DNA of 26,052 nucleotides from a bacterium (GCA_037446635.1 JBBIIG010000057.1:1-26052), one strand, 5' to 3'; shown: positions 6,569-16,274, counted from the first letter of the stretch. Numbers and translations are program-made. Notes: generated from the letters alone by a model not told the origin.

Positions 6569-7888
6569 ATGAGTTTAGAACAGAAACTTAAAGATAAAAC
6601 AGCAAAGATAGGCGTGGTGGGTCTCGGGTATGTCGGACTGCCGCTGGCGGTGGAGTTTGCCGACAAAGGATTTTACACCCTCGGGATCGATATTGACCGC
6701 CGCAAAATTGAGAAGATGAACCGCGGCGAAAATTACATTCAGGACGTGGAAAACGAACGCTTTCGCAGACTGGTGGAATCGGGCTTGCTGGAGGGCACCA
6801 CCAAATACGGCCGCACCGGCGAGCTGGACGTCATTTACATCTGCGTGCCCACGCCATTCACGCCTAACAAAGAACCGGACATTTCATACATCGAACAGGC
6901 CACCGACAGCATCGCCGCGCACCTGCGCAAAGAGCAGCTCATCGTTTTGAAAAGCACCACCTTCCCGGAAACCACGGAAAAAGTCTGCCTGCCGCGGCTG
7001 GAATCCACCGGCTTGAAAGTGGGCAAAGATTTTTATCTCGCCTTCTCCCCGGAGCGCATCGATCCGGGACGCTCTGATTTCACGACGGCGAATACGCCGG
7101 TGGTGGTGGGCGGCGTTACCGAAACGTGCACGCAACTGGCGGTACTGGCTTCCGAGCAGGTCATCAGCAAAGTTATTGCGGTCTCTTCGCCCCGCACCGC
7201 GGAAATGGTGAAGCTGCTGGAGAACATTTTCCGCAGCGTCAACATCGCGCTGGTGAACGAGCTGGCGATGCTGTGCGACCGCATGGGCAACATCGATATC
7301 TGGGAGGTGGTGAACGCCGCGGCCACCAAGCCCTTCGGCTTCATGCCGTTTTATCCCGGCCCCGGCATTGGCGGCCACTGTATTTTGGTGGACCCCTATT
7401 ATCTCTCGTGGAAAGCCAAAGAGTTCGATTTTCACAGCGACTTTATTGAGCTGGCGGCGCGCACCAACGAGAACATGCCGTACTACGTGCTCGATCTCAT
7501 CATCCGTTCCATCAGCGCCAACGGCGTGCCGCTCAAAACCGCCAAATATTTGTTCGTGGGCGCCGCGTTCAAAAAAAACGTGGACGACACCCGCAACTCG
7601 CCGGCAGTGAAGGTGATGGAGCTGCTGCATCAACGCGGCGCGCAAAACGTCGCGTACAACGATCCGTACGTTCCAGAGCTCAAAATCAACGGCGCCGTGT
7701 TTAAGTCGCAGGAACTCACCGAAGAAAACATTCGCGACAAAGACTGTGTGATCATCACCACCGATCACAGCGTTTATGACATCGACAACATCGTCAAACA
7801 CGCGAAGTTAGTGGTTGACACCCGCAACGCCACCAAATCGGTGACCAAGGGGCGGGAAAAAATCGTCCGCCTTGGCAGCGGCGGGTGA
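6569..7888 (+). CDS. Nucleotide-sugar dehydrogenase (UDP-N-acetylhexosamine 6-dehydrogenase, WbpA/WecC/TviB family)
   Basis: GLGYVGLP, ICVPTP, FSPERIDPG, AEMVKLLEN, catalytic GPGIGGHC, DDTRNSPA. Confidence 0.93.
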   Translation: MSLEQKLKDKTAKIGVVGLGYVGLPLAVEFADKGFYTLGIDIDRRKIEKMNRGENYIQDVENERFRRLVESGLLEGTTKYGRTGELDVIYICVPTPFTPNKEPDISYIEQATDSIAAHLRKEQLIVLKSTTFPETTEKVCLPRLESTGLKVGKDFYLAFSPERIDPGRSDFTTANTPVVVGGVTETCTQLAVLASEQVISKVIAVSSPRTAEMVKLLENIFRSVNIALVNELAMLCDRMGNIDIWEVVNAAATKPFGFMPFYPGPGIGGHCILVDPYYLSWKAKEFDFHSDFIELAARTNENMPYYVLDLIIRSISANGVPLKTAKYLFVGAAFKKNVDDTRNSPAVKVMELLHQRGAQNVAYNDPYVPELKINGAVFKSQELTEENIRDKDCVIITTDHSVYDIDNIVKHAKLVVDTRNATKSVTKGREKIVRLGSGG

Positions 7889-7905
7889 GGAGAGTTCCCC
7901 GTTAG

Positions 7906-7939
7906 CCCGTCGGGGCAATTCATGAATCGCCCCGACGGG
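7906..7939. repeat. REP-like palindrome (GGGG(C/T)AATTCATGAAT family), copy 1
   Basis: CCCGTCGGGGCAATTCATGAATCGCCCCGACGGG is palindromic with one mismatched pair and is related to 25723-25756. Confidence 0.85.
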
Positions 7940-7958
7940 AAACATCAAAAGGAGGAAG

Positions 7959-9248
7959 ATGATTTTCAAACCCAGCGCCCTTGCCGTTTTGCTTTTTCTA
8001 TTTTCACTCAGCGGATTTCTCAGTGAGGCCGCCGCCCAGCGCATCGATAAACGATTGCACCGCAACGAGGGCCAGGACGCCCCCTCGCCGTTTCGTACTC
8101 AGACGGACCGCGAACGCAAACAGCAAGAAGCAACGATCCCCGCCTCCCCGCTGGACACGATGCTGCAACCGCTGGAAGCCCCGGTTGACCCCAACACCTA
8201 CATTGTGGGCCCGGGCGATGTTTTTCAAATCAGCATCTGGGCGAATACAGAAACCGCCGTGCAAATTCCCGTCAACCCCGAAGGCGCGCTCATCATCCCC
8301 ACCATCGGCGCCATTGCCGTGAACGGCAAAACCCTGGCCGAGGTTCAGAAAATCGTCCGCGAAGAAGGCGCCAAGAAATATCTGCAATCCCCGGTCTCGG
8401 CTAATTTAGTACGTGTTCGGCAATTTCGCGTGCATATCACCGGCCAGGTGCTGAACCCCGGACTCTACGAGGCGCTGGCCGTGGAGCGCGTCTCGGACTT
8501 GATTGAACGGGCCGGCGGCCTCACCGACTGGGCCGCCGAACGCGCCATCGAAGTGCGCCACCGCGATGGCGCGGTTGAAATTGCCGATCTCTATCAATAC
8601 AAAAAATTAGGAAAGCTCGAGGCCAATTTGCAATTAACCGGCGGGGATGTCGTTCATGTGCCGCCCATTTCTTTGACCAAATCCACCGTTCGCGTGGAAG
8701 GGTTTGTGCGCGAACCGGGCATTTATCAATTGTTGGAAAACGAAACCCTTTATGATTTCCTGCTGCGGGTGGAAGCCTTTAATAAAGGCGCGGATTTGCA
8801 GGGCGCATATATTGAGCGCAAAAATGAATCGAAGGGCGCCGCGCAAATCATTCCCATTTCCGCAAACCTGGAAAACTCGGGCAACGGATTCATCGATTTC
8901 CTGCTGCAGGATGGCGACGTGATCATGGTGCCCACTCGCAAAGACGAGGTGTATGTGATTGGCGCGGTGAATTCTCCGGGCGCCTACCCGTTTTATCCCA
9001 ACCTGCGCGCCATCGATTACGTCGGTTTTGCCGGCGCCAACGAGCGGGCGGTGAAACCTTCTAAATTTAAAATCATTCGCGCCGGCGAAAAAAATGCCCG
9101 ACAGGGCTTTGACTTGCCCATTCAAGCCGGCGACACCGTGGTGGTGCCGGAGCGGGCAAAGTTTGGGGTGCAGGAAGCTACGACGCTCATTTTCACCCTA
9201 ACCAATATCATCGTGACGCTTAAAGCGGTGGGGGTGATTGGGAATTAA
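7959..9248 (+). CDS. Polysaccharide export protein with SLBB domains (OPX; Wza/KpsD-like)
   Basis: Signal peptide, Poly_export motif YIVGPGDVFQISIW...VNPEGALIIPTIG, three SLBB repeats (GQVLNPGLY, GFVREPGIY, GAVNSPGAY) and a C-terminal hydrophobic helix. Confidence 0.9.
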   Translation: MIFKPSALAVLLFLFSLSGFLSEAAAQRIDKRLHRNEGQDAPSPFRTQTDRERKQQEATIPASPLDTMLQPLEAPVDPNTYIVGPGDVFQISIWANTETAVQIPVNPEGALIIPTIGAIAVNGKTLAEVQKIVREEGAKKYLQSPVSANLVRVRQFRVHITGQVLNPGLYEALAVERVSDLIERAGGLTDWAAERAIEVRHRDGAVEIADLYQYKKLGKLEANLQLTGGDVVHVPPISLTKSTVRVEGFVREPGIYQLLENETLYDFLLRVEAFNKGADLQGAYIERKNESKGAAQIIPISANLENSGNGFIDFLLQDGDVIMVPTRKDEVYVIGAVNSPGAYPFYPNLRAIDYVGFAGANERAVKPSKFKIIRAGEKNARQGFDLPIQAGDTVVVPERAKFGVQEATTLIFTLTNIIVTLKAVGVIGN

Positions 9249-9266
9249 TCATTAACTATTCCAAAG

Positions 9267-10412
9267 ATGAACGTCCTGTTGATCGACCCCATGGGGGTCA
9301 TGCTTTCGGAGCGAGAAAAATATCATGAGTTATCAAAATTCGATGATGTAAATTTGGCCGTAGCCGTTCCTTCAAAATGGAAATTTAATTTTAAGTTGTT
9401 CGATGCTGAAAAAGACGATGGCGTGAGCGCTTACAAACTCACAGCATTGAAAGCGGCCTTTCGCGGCTACGGACATCGGAGTTTTTTCTTTTCGACTTTG
9501 CGATCACTTCTCAAAAAGAATAAACCGGACATCATTCACCTGTTTGTTGAGCCATACAGCATTTTAGCGGCGCAAGTTACGTTAGCCAGAAATCTTTTTT
9601 ATCCAAAAGCAAAAATCATTTTCATCACTTGGGAAAACATTTTTTTTGCATCTCCGCCTTTTGTGGGCTCGCGGCTTTATGATAGAATCGAAAAATTTGT
9701 CTATCGCCATTCCGCCGGCGCGACCCCCATCACGAAAAGCGCACTGGGGGTTCTGAAAAAAAAAGGATACGACAAGCCTTACAAAGTGATGGGCTGGGGA
9801 ATTAATCTTGAACGATTCAGAACGCAAAATGCAATCGACCTGAAACATTCATTAGGTCTGGAAAATAAGTTTGTCGTTGGCTACGTGGGGCGATTTGTCG
9901 AAGAGAAGGGCGTATTGGATTTGGTGAAAGCTGTGTCGTCGCTTAACCACAAAGTCGCCCTACTCTTAATTGGAGATGGCCCACTGAAATCGCAAATTGA
10001 AAACCTCGCGACAGCAAATGGGCTGCGTGATCGAGTTGTCTTTGTCGATTCCATTTCAAATACCGAAATGAATCGCTACCTGAATTGTATGGACGCATTG
10101 GTGTTACCCTCGCGCGACTCACGATTGTGGAAGGAACAGTTGGGTAAGGTGCTGTTAGAGGCCATGGCCTGCGAAGTCCCAGTCATCGGCTCGGACTCCG
10201 GGGAAATTCCCAATGTGATTGGCGACGCCGGCAAAATTTTTCGCGCCGGCGACGCGCAAGATTTGAAAGAAAAAATTAAAGAAGTCATGATCGATAGCAA
10301 CGGCTTACTTACTCTGAAGAAAAAAGCCAAAGAGCGGGTTCATCAAATTTATTCCTGGCGAAGTATCGCCGGCGCGCTGCATGATTTTTATCACGCAATA
10401 TTGCAAGCCTGA
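9267..10412 (+). CDS. Glycosyltransferase family 4
   Basis: VGYVGRFVEEKG, LVLPS, EQLGKVLLEAMACEVPVI (EX7E motif). Confidence 0.93.
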   Translation: MNVLLIDPMGVMLSEREKYHELSKFDDVNLAVAVPSKWKFNFKLFDAEKDDGVSAYKLTALKAAFRGYGHRSFFFSTLRSLLKKNKPDIIHLFVEPYSILAAQVTLARNLFYPKAKIIFITWENIFFASPPFVGSRLYDRIEKFVYRHSAGATPITKSALGVLKKKGYDKPYKVMGWGINLERFRTQNAIDLKHSLGLENKFVVGYVGRFVEEKGVLDLVKAVSSLNHKVALLLIGDGPLKSQIENLATANGLRDRVVFVDSISNTEMNRYLNCMDALVLPSRDSRLWKEQLGKVLLEAMACEVPVIGSDSGEIPNVIGDAGKIFRAGDAQDLKEKIKEVMIDSNGLLTLKKKAKERVHQIYSWRSIAGALHDFYHAILQA

Positions 10413-10427
10413 AAGGAGAATCCAGAT

Positions 10428-11405
10428 TTGAAAATTTTCATTGCGGGCGGAGGAGGCTACATCGGGTCGGCTTTGATTCCGAAATTGCTGGAACGGGATT
10501 ACAAAGTCGATGTGGTGGATTTATTCTGGTTTGGCGACTACTTGCCCAAAGACGTGTTTCGGGTACGCAAAGATATCTTCGACCTTACCAAAGCCGATCT
10601 CGAAAAATATGATCAGGTGATTTTTCTCGCCGGCTTGTCCAACGATCCCATGGCTGAATATTCACCCGGCCAGAATTTTATTTACAACGCCGCGGCGCCG
10701 GCCTACCTGGGCTACATGGCTAAAATTGCCGGCGTGAAGCGCTTCATTTACGCCGGCTCGTGTTCGGTTTACGGCTACACCGAAGACGAGCTTTTTGATG
10801 AAGACGCGCCGGCCGTTTCCAACTATCCCTACGGCATTTCAAAACTACAGGGCGAGCAGGCCGCTCTGCAAATGGTTGACAAACATTTTTCAGTCATCTG
10901 TCTGCGCCAGGGCACGGTGTGCGGCTACAGCCCCCGGATGCGGCTGGATTTGGTGGTCAACGCGATGTTTAAGTCCGCCCTTCAAAACGCTACCGTCACT
11001 GTGAATAACCCGGCGATTTGGCGACCGATTCTGAGCATCCAGGATGCCATCACCGCTTACATCCGCGCCATTGAGGCGGACGAAAAAATCTCCGGAATTT
11101 TCAATGTCGCTTCCGGCAATTTCACAGTGGGCGAAATCGGCGATATCGTAAAAGCGGTGGTCGAGGAAAAGTTAAACAAAGAAATTAAGCTGGAAATACA
11201 ACACCTGCACGACTATCGCAACTACAAAGTCGATATCCAAAAGGCTCGCAACGTGCTGAGTTTCAAGCCGCGACACGACATCGATTCCATTGTGGTGGAT
11301 TTAATCGACAACCACGCAAAGTTTAAAGACTTCGAGAATCCCAATTACTACAATATCCAGGTTTTCAAAGCGCTTTTTAAGACAAGTTTGAACGGAGAAA
11401 AATGA
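10428..11405 (+). CDS. NAD-dependent epimerase/dehydratase (extended SDR)
   Basis: GGGGYIG, LAGLSNDP, SCSVYG and YGISK (YxxxK); TTG start behind AAGGAG. Confidence 0.9.
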   Translation: MKIFIAGGGGYIGSALIPKLLERDYKVDVVDLFWFGDYLPKDVFRVRKDIFDLTKADLEKYDQVIFLAGLSNDPMAEYSPGQNFIYNAAAPAYLGYMAKIAGVKRFIYAGSCSVYGYTEDELFDEDAPAVSNYPYGISKLQGEQAALQMVDKHFSVICLRQGTVCGYSPRMRLDLVVNAMFKSALQNATVTVNNPAIWRPILSIQDAITAYIRAIEADEKISGIFNVASGNFTVGEIGDIVKAVVEEKLNKEIKLEIQHLHDYRNYKVDIQKARNVLSFKPRHDIDSIVVDLIDNHAKFKDFENPNYYNIQVFKALFKTSLNGEK

Positions 11406-12283
11406 AAACGGCGATCATCGGCGCCAACGGACAGCTCGGTTCGGATTTATCCAAACACTTCCAAAGCGGGTGTGATGTGGTGGAGCTCACTCACGAAGAT
11501 ATCGAAATTACAAACATCGATTCGGTGAAGGCGGTTTTGCAAACCATTCGACCCGAGGTGGTGGTGAACACCGCTGCTTATCACAACGTGCCAAAATGCG
11601 AGGACGAGCCGATGAAGTCGTTCCAAGTGAATGGGCTCGGTGCTTTGAATTTGGCAAAGGTCGCGAACGATCTAAATTTCAAGCTCGTTCACTTCAGCAC
11701 CGATTATGTTTTCGATGGCGCCAAAGGCTCGCCCTATCTCGAAGACGATACTCCCAATCCGCTGAACATGTACGCCGCAACCAAACTTGCCGGTGAACAT
11801 TTCGTGCGCAATTATGCTCAAAAGTTTTTTATTGTTCGGGTTTCCGGTATTTATGGCAAAGTGCCCTGTCGCGCCAAAGGCGGCAGCAACTTTGTTACGA
11901 CCATGATCAAACTGGCGAAAGAAAAACCGCTGGTGCGAGTGGTGGACGATGAAATCCTCACCCCCACCCCAACCGAGTTAATCGCCAAAAACACGTATGA
12001 GTTGGCGCGCACCGATGCCTTTGGAGTATATCACATGACTTGCCAGGGACAGTGCTCGTGGTATCAGTTCGCAAAAGTCATTTTTGAAACCTTGAAGTTA
12101 ACTACGCCGCTCGAGCCGTGCAGCGTTAAGGACTTCCCCACGCCGGTGAAGCGGCCGCATTACAGCGTTCTGGAAAATTATCACCTGCAAAAAATCAACT
12201 TAGATCACATGTTGGCCTGGAAAGAGAGTTTGATAGGATTTCTCAAAGAGGGAAAGTTTTCTTTCGAGACAAGGACGGTTTAA
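11402..12283 (+). CDS. rfbD: dTDP-4-dehydrorhamnose reductase (RmlD)
   Basis: GANGQLG, HFSTDYVFDG, PNPLNMYAATKLAGE, KRPHYSVL. Confidence 0.93.
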   Translation: MKTAIIGANGQLGSDLSKHFQSGCDVVELTHEDIEITNIDSVKAVLQTIRPEVVVNTAAYHNVPKCEDEPMKSFQVNGLGALNLAKVANDLNFKLVHFSTDYVFDGAKGSPYLEDDTPNPLNMYAATKLAGEHFVRNYAQKFFIVRVSGIYGKVPCRAKGGSNFVTTMIKLAKEKPLVRVVDDEILTPTPTELIAKNTYELARTDAFGVYHMTCQGQCSWYQFAKVIFETLKLTTPLEPCSVKDFPTPVKRPHYSVLENYHLQKINLDHMLAWKESLIGFLKEGKFSFETRTV

Positions 12284-12284
12284 G

Positions 12285-12407
12285 TGGATTGATGGAGTAT
12301 TGGACTGATGGATTAATGAACTGTAGCTCAAAGCTCCGCTTTGAGCTGCAAACCAGAGGTTTGCTTTACAGGGCATTACTCCAAAACTCCATCACTCCAT
12401 TAATCCA
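12285..12407. repeat. Inverted arrays of 8-bp units (4 x TGGAnTnn on each side) enclosing a REP-like element (12322-12370)
   Basis: Left arm TGGATTGA TGGAGTAT TGGACTGA TGGATTAA; right arm TTACTCCA AAACTCCA TCACTCCA TTAATCCA. The centre matches 5400-5448. Confidence 0.85.
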
Positions 12408-12453
12408 ACCACGTTGTAGCAACTTTAATAAAGAAACTAGATGGGGTGGAAGA

Positions 12454-13023
12454 ATGAAAATAACCATTGTCAAAGAAGCGTTGAATGGCGTGCTGGTGCT
12501 GCAGCCCGAAGTATTTGAAGACGCGCGCGGTTTTTTTCTGGAAGCGTACCGCGCCGATCTCTTCAAAGAGTTGGGCATCGATTTGCCGTTTGTGCAGGAT
12601 AATCATTCCGGCTCGGTGAAAAATGTCGTGCGCGGCCTGCACTTTCAGTGGCACCCGCCGATGGCCAAGCTCATGCGGGTCACCCGCGGCGAAGCGTTCT
12701 TGGTAGCGGTCGATATCCGCAAAGGCTCGCCGACGCTGGGGCAGTGGATTGGCGAAGTGGTGTCAGCCAAAAATCGCAAGCAGGTCTGGGCGCCGGCTGG
12801 TTTTGCCCGCGGCTTTTGCGTGCTCTCCGATTACGCCGAAATTCAATACAAATGCACCGGCATCTATAACCCTAACGGCGAATCCGGCATTTTATGGAAC
12901 GATCCGCAAATTGGCATTGACTGGCCGGTGCCGGCGCGGGAAGCTATTCTCTCCGAAAAGGATGCAAAGGCGCAAACGCTGGCGGGGTGGCTGGAGAGGA
13001 AGGAATCGAAGCATTTCAAATGA
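12454..13023 (+). CDS. rfbC: dTDP-4-dehydrorhamnose 3,5-epimerase (RmlC)
   Basis: DARGFF, FVQDNHS, VRGLHFQ, VAVDIRKGSPTLG, GILWNDP, LSEKD. Start set at ATG 12454. The usual GFAHGF reads GFARGF here. Confidence 0.93.
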   Translation: MKITIVKEALNGVLVLQPEVFEDARGFFLEAYRADLFKELGIDLPFVQDNHSGSVKNVVRGLHFQWHPPMAKLMRVTRGEAFLVAVDIRKGSPTLGQWIGEVVSAKNRKQVWAPAGFARGFCVLSDYAEIQYKCTGIYNPNGESGILWNDPQIGIDWPVPAREAILSEKDAKAQTLAGWLERKESKHFK

Positions 13024-14255
13024 AAAAAATGTTCAAAAAAGTCGGAACGGTTGTCGTGATAATGGGTGTAGGCATCGCCTTTGGTTTTCTAAAAAACATC
13101 CTGTTGGCCCGCGAATTAAACAAAGAAGACTTTGGACTATTTAATTTGATTATGACGATCGCTGGCCTTATTTACCCACTGGCGCTATTCGGACAGCAAA
13201 ATACCATAGTGCGGGTTTTTAGCAAACGCCGTCCAGAAGATTATAATTGGAAAAGTTATTTTCACAAATTGTTGCTCGGCGCTTCTATTGCTGCTCTGAT
13301 TGGCGGCATAGCTTCAACATATTTTTACAAATTGACGGCTCTCAACTTTATTTTTTTGCTGGTTGTCATCGGCAATTCGATGATTGCCGATCTTTATACC
13401 TATATCTTTCGCGCCACTGGCCAGTACGAAACGTCGATTATTTTGCATCGCTCCATACGAGTGGCCTTTCCGATTATATTACTGTTATTGATACTTCTGG
13501 ATAAGTCTGAACTGAATACCATCCTCTATTTTTTCGGCGCTCTGCACCTGATTCACTCGTTTGCCGTGATGCTCTACACGAACAAACGAGTTGGGCTTGG
13601 AACGAAAAAACTTACAAAAAACGATTACAAAGAGGGGCTGATACTTATCTGTTCTGATATTACCATGCTGGTAATCATTTCAGTTGACAAGTTATTTCTG
13701 GCTAAGCTGACTAATTTGGAAAGGGTCGCCGAATACTTTGCCATTTTTTCTCTGATGCGAATCTTTGAGATCGTGCAACATGCCATCGACTTTGTTTTGA
13801 TTCCCCATTCCAACAAAGTTGTGGAGGTGAATGTCAAAGGGATCTTCTTTAAGGTGCTCGGCATCGGTTTGGTGATCAGTCTGTTCTATTTAATCCTCGC
13901 GAAGCCGATCATCCATTTTTTGTATTCCGGAAAGTATGATTCCGGTATTCAATTAGTCCCCTATTTTTGTTTAGTTGGGCTGCTGCAATTGCTTTACGTC
14001 GTCCCGGCATCTATCATAAGGGGGAGGCTTGAGCAAAAAGCGCTCAAAACTCTTACCGCTTACGACTTGACATTACTATTTGCAAGTATCCTCTTGACCT
14101 ATGTCTTTATCACGCTTTGGGATATTATCGGAGCGCTCATTGCCACATCATTGATCTGGCTCATGCGACTTTGTTTAACCTATCTCGTACTGCTGAAATA
14201 TTATCAACCTATCGGCCCCGAAAGATCATCGTACTCTCTCGGCCAAATCTACTGA
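13020..14255 (+). CDS. wzx: Oligosaccharide flippase (Wzx / MOP family)
   Basis: Polytopic membrane protein with LARELNKEDFGLF near the N-terminus and VDKLFL mid-protein. ATGA overlap with the rmlC stop. Confidence 0.85.
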   Translation: MKKMFKKVGTVVVIMGVGIAFGFLKNILLARELNKEDFGLFNLIMTIAGLIYPLALFGQQNTIVRVFSKRRPEDYNWKSYFHKLLLGASIAALIGGIASTYFYKLTALNFIFLLVVIGNSMIADLYTYIFRATGQYETSIILHRSIRVAFPIILLLLILLDKSELNTILYFFGALHLIHSFAVMLYTNKRVGLGTKKLTKNDYKEGLILICSDITMLVIISVDKLFLAKLTNLERVAEYFAIFSLMRIFEIVQHAIDFVLIPHSNKVVEVNVKGIFFKVLGIGLVISLFYLILAKPIIHFLYSGKYDSGIQLVPYFCLVGLLQLLYVVPASIIRGRLEQKALKTLTAYDLTLLFASILLTYVFITLWDIIGALIATSLIWLMRLCLTYLVLLKYYQPIGPERSSYSLGQIY

Positions 14256-14283
14256 ACCTCACTTGATGAAAGGTTGATTTGTA

Positions 14284-15420
14284 ATGCCTAATCCAGAACA
14301 TGCGTTTTTGGTTTCTTTCGTGATTCTTATGAGAAAATGGCGCCGTTTTCTCATCATCAACATCGGCGTCTTTACTTTAGCCGCGTTGGTTATCTCGCTG
14401 TTGTTGCCGAAATCGTACCGCGCTGAAGCCAAAATTCTTACCAGCAGCGGCGATATTGCAGCGCTCGGATTATCCGGCCTCGTCAGCGACTTGCCTTTCA
14501 AGGGGTTGGGGTTACTTCCAAAGTCTGACGAAACCCTGCGCTACTTAGCTATCCTCAACAGTCGAACACTGTTAATGAGAATAGCTGAAAAGTTTGATTT
14601 GCAGAAACGATATGAAACCGCCGATTGGCAGAAAACCCTAAGAGCCCTGCAAGGGAACTGCAAGTTCGATGTCAATATTGACGAAAGCATCAGCATTCAT
14701 GTTTGGGACAAAGAGCCGGAATTTGCCGCTAAAATGGCCAACAGCTTTGTGGAAATGCTGGACAGTCTCAACATTGCACTCAGATTGGAAAAAGCAAAAA
14801 GCGACCGCGAGTTTTTGCAAACCCGCCTCGAAGAAAACAAACGCGATCTGGCACAAGCCGAACTCAATTTGAGAGATTATCAAGAAAAATTCGGCGTCAT
14901 CGAAGTCAAAGAACAAACCAAAGTTGCCATTCAAACCATCGCCGAACTCGAGGCGCAAATTCTCTTGAAGGAAACAGAGCTGCGATACAAAAGCAACTAC
15001 TTATCTCCAGACCATCTAGACATTCAGAATCTGAAGACTGAAATACGGGAAATCAAAAAATCTTTAAACGAAATTCAGTACGGTTCCAATGGCGACGATG
15101 CCAGCGGCAACCCAAGTTTCCTCATGACGGGCAAAGACGTGCCCGAACTCGCGATGAACTATTTGAGAGCCTGGCGCGACGTTGAGATACAAAACGCCAT
15201 TCATAAAATTTTGACCCAGCAATTCGAACAGGCGAAAATAATGGAAGCAAAACAGACACCCACACTGCAGGTGCTAGATTGGGCGGTTCCGCCTATTTAT
15301 AAAGATCGGCCCAAAAGATCACTGATTGTTTTGGGGGCGTTCTTTTTTAGCGCTGTCTTATCAATTTTCTTTATTTTCGCAGTAGAAAAATGGCGGACTT
15401 TAAAAACAATACAGCAGTAG
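14284..15420 (+). CDS. Polysaccharide chain-length determinant (Wzz/GumC-like, no kinase domain)
   Basis: N-terminal TM followed by LLPKSYRAEAKI, a long coiled coil, LQVLDWAVPPIYKDRPKRSLI and a C-terminal TM. No Walker A motif. Confidence 0.88.
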   Translation: MPNPEHAFLVSFVILMRKWRRFLIINIGVFTLAALVISLLLPKSYRAEAKILTSSGDIAALGLSGLVSDLPFKGLGLLPKSDETLRYLAILNSRTLLMRIAEKFDLQKRYETADWQKTLRALQGNCKFDVNIDESISIHVWDKEPEFAAKMANSFVEMLDSLNIALRLEKAKSDREFLQTRLEENKRDLAQAELNLRDYQEKFGVIEVKEQTKVAIQTIAELEAQILLKETELRYKSNYLSPDHLDIQNLKTEIREIKKSLNEIQYGSNGDDASGNPSFLMTGKDVPELAMNYLRAWRDVEIQNAIHKILTQQFEQAKIMEAKQTPTLQVLDWAVPPIYKDRPKRSLIVLGAFFFSAVLSIFFIFAVEKWRTLKTIQQ

Positions 15421-16274
15421 ATTCTTACACCAACAAAGACCTATACCTGAACCTGCTCAAACATACTCTGACTTACTATCTCTGGGGCGAAACCTTCGCG
15501 CCTCTGGAGCAAATGCTGCACAAAACCTTCGCGCTTAAACTGGCTTATGCCGTACTGAAAGCAGCGGACATCGTGTTCCGAGTCGCCACCAACGGCCACA
15601 TCGGACTGGCGCGCCGCTTTCGCTTCACTCCTGAAAATCGTCTCGAAGGCAAAGACTGGCCGCCGCTTGCCGACACGATGATCGGATTGAAACGCTTGGA
15701 CAATATTCAATTCTGTATCGAAGATATCCTTCGCAACAAGGTACCGGGCGATCTGATCGAAACTGGCGTCTGGCGTGGCGGCGCGGTCATTTTTATGCGA
15801 GCCGTTCTTAAAGCGTACGGCGTAAGCGATAGAGTGGTCTGGGCCGCGGATTCATTCGAAGGCTTACCTCCTCCGAGTGATTCAGATTATCCTCAAGACG
15901 CCGGCGACCCGCATCACACGTTCACGGATTATCTCGGAGTGTCGCTCCAGCAGGTGCAACGAAATTTTCGACGTTATGATTTATTGGATGATCAAGTTAA
16001 ATTTTTGAAGGGCTGGTTCAAAGACACACTGCCCAATGCCCCGATTGAGCAGTTATCTCTGCTGCGAATGGATGGCGACATGTATGGCTCCACGATGGAT
16101 GCGCTGGTGAATCTATACCCCAAGCTTTCCGTCGGCGGATACGTGATTGTGGACGACTACCACATTGAAGGGTGCCGCCAGGCCGTTCACGATTTTCGCG
16201 ACCAGCAGGGCATAACGGATGATATTCAAAAAATAGACTGGGCCGCAGTTTACTGGCAGCGGACAAAAAAATGA
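15390..16274 (+). CDS. TylF/MycF/NovP-family sugar O-methyltransferase
   Basis: TMIGLKRLDN, VPGDLIETGVWRGG, ADSFEGLP, KGWFKDTLP, LRMDGDMYGST, GGYVIVDDY. Confidence 0.93.
   Translation: MADFKNNTAVDSYTNKDLYLNLLKHTLTYYLWGETFAPLEQMLHKTFALKLAYAVLKAADIVFRVATNGHIGLARRFRFTPENRLEGKDWPPLADTMIGLKRLDNIQFCIEDILRNKVPGDLIETGVWRGGAVIFMRAVLKAYGVSDRVVWAADSFEGLPPPSDSDYPQDAGDPHHTFTDYLGVSLQQVQRNFRRYDLLDDQVKFLKGWFKDTLPNAPIEQLSLLRMDGDMYGSTMDALVNLYPKLSVGGYVIVDDYHIEGCRQAVHDFRDQQGITDDIQKIDWAAVYWQRTKK

Noticed and set aside
6884..7801. 305-aa antisense ORF
   Set aside because: Mirror-frame shadow of the GC3-rich dehydrogenase gene; no independent features.
12289..12453. 55-aa N-terminal extension of RmlC as real protein sequence
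   Set aside because: It derives from repeat DNA with a weak TTG start; RmlC homology begins at ATG 12454.
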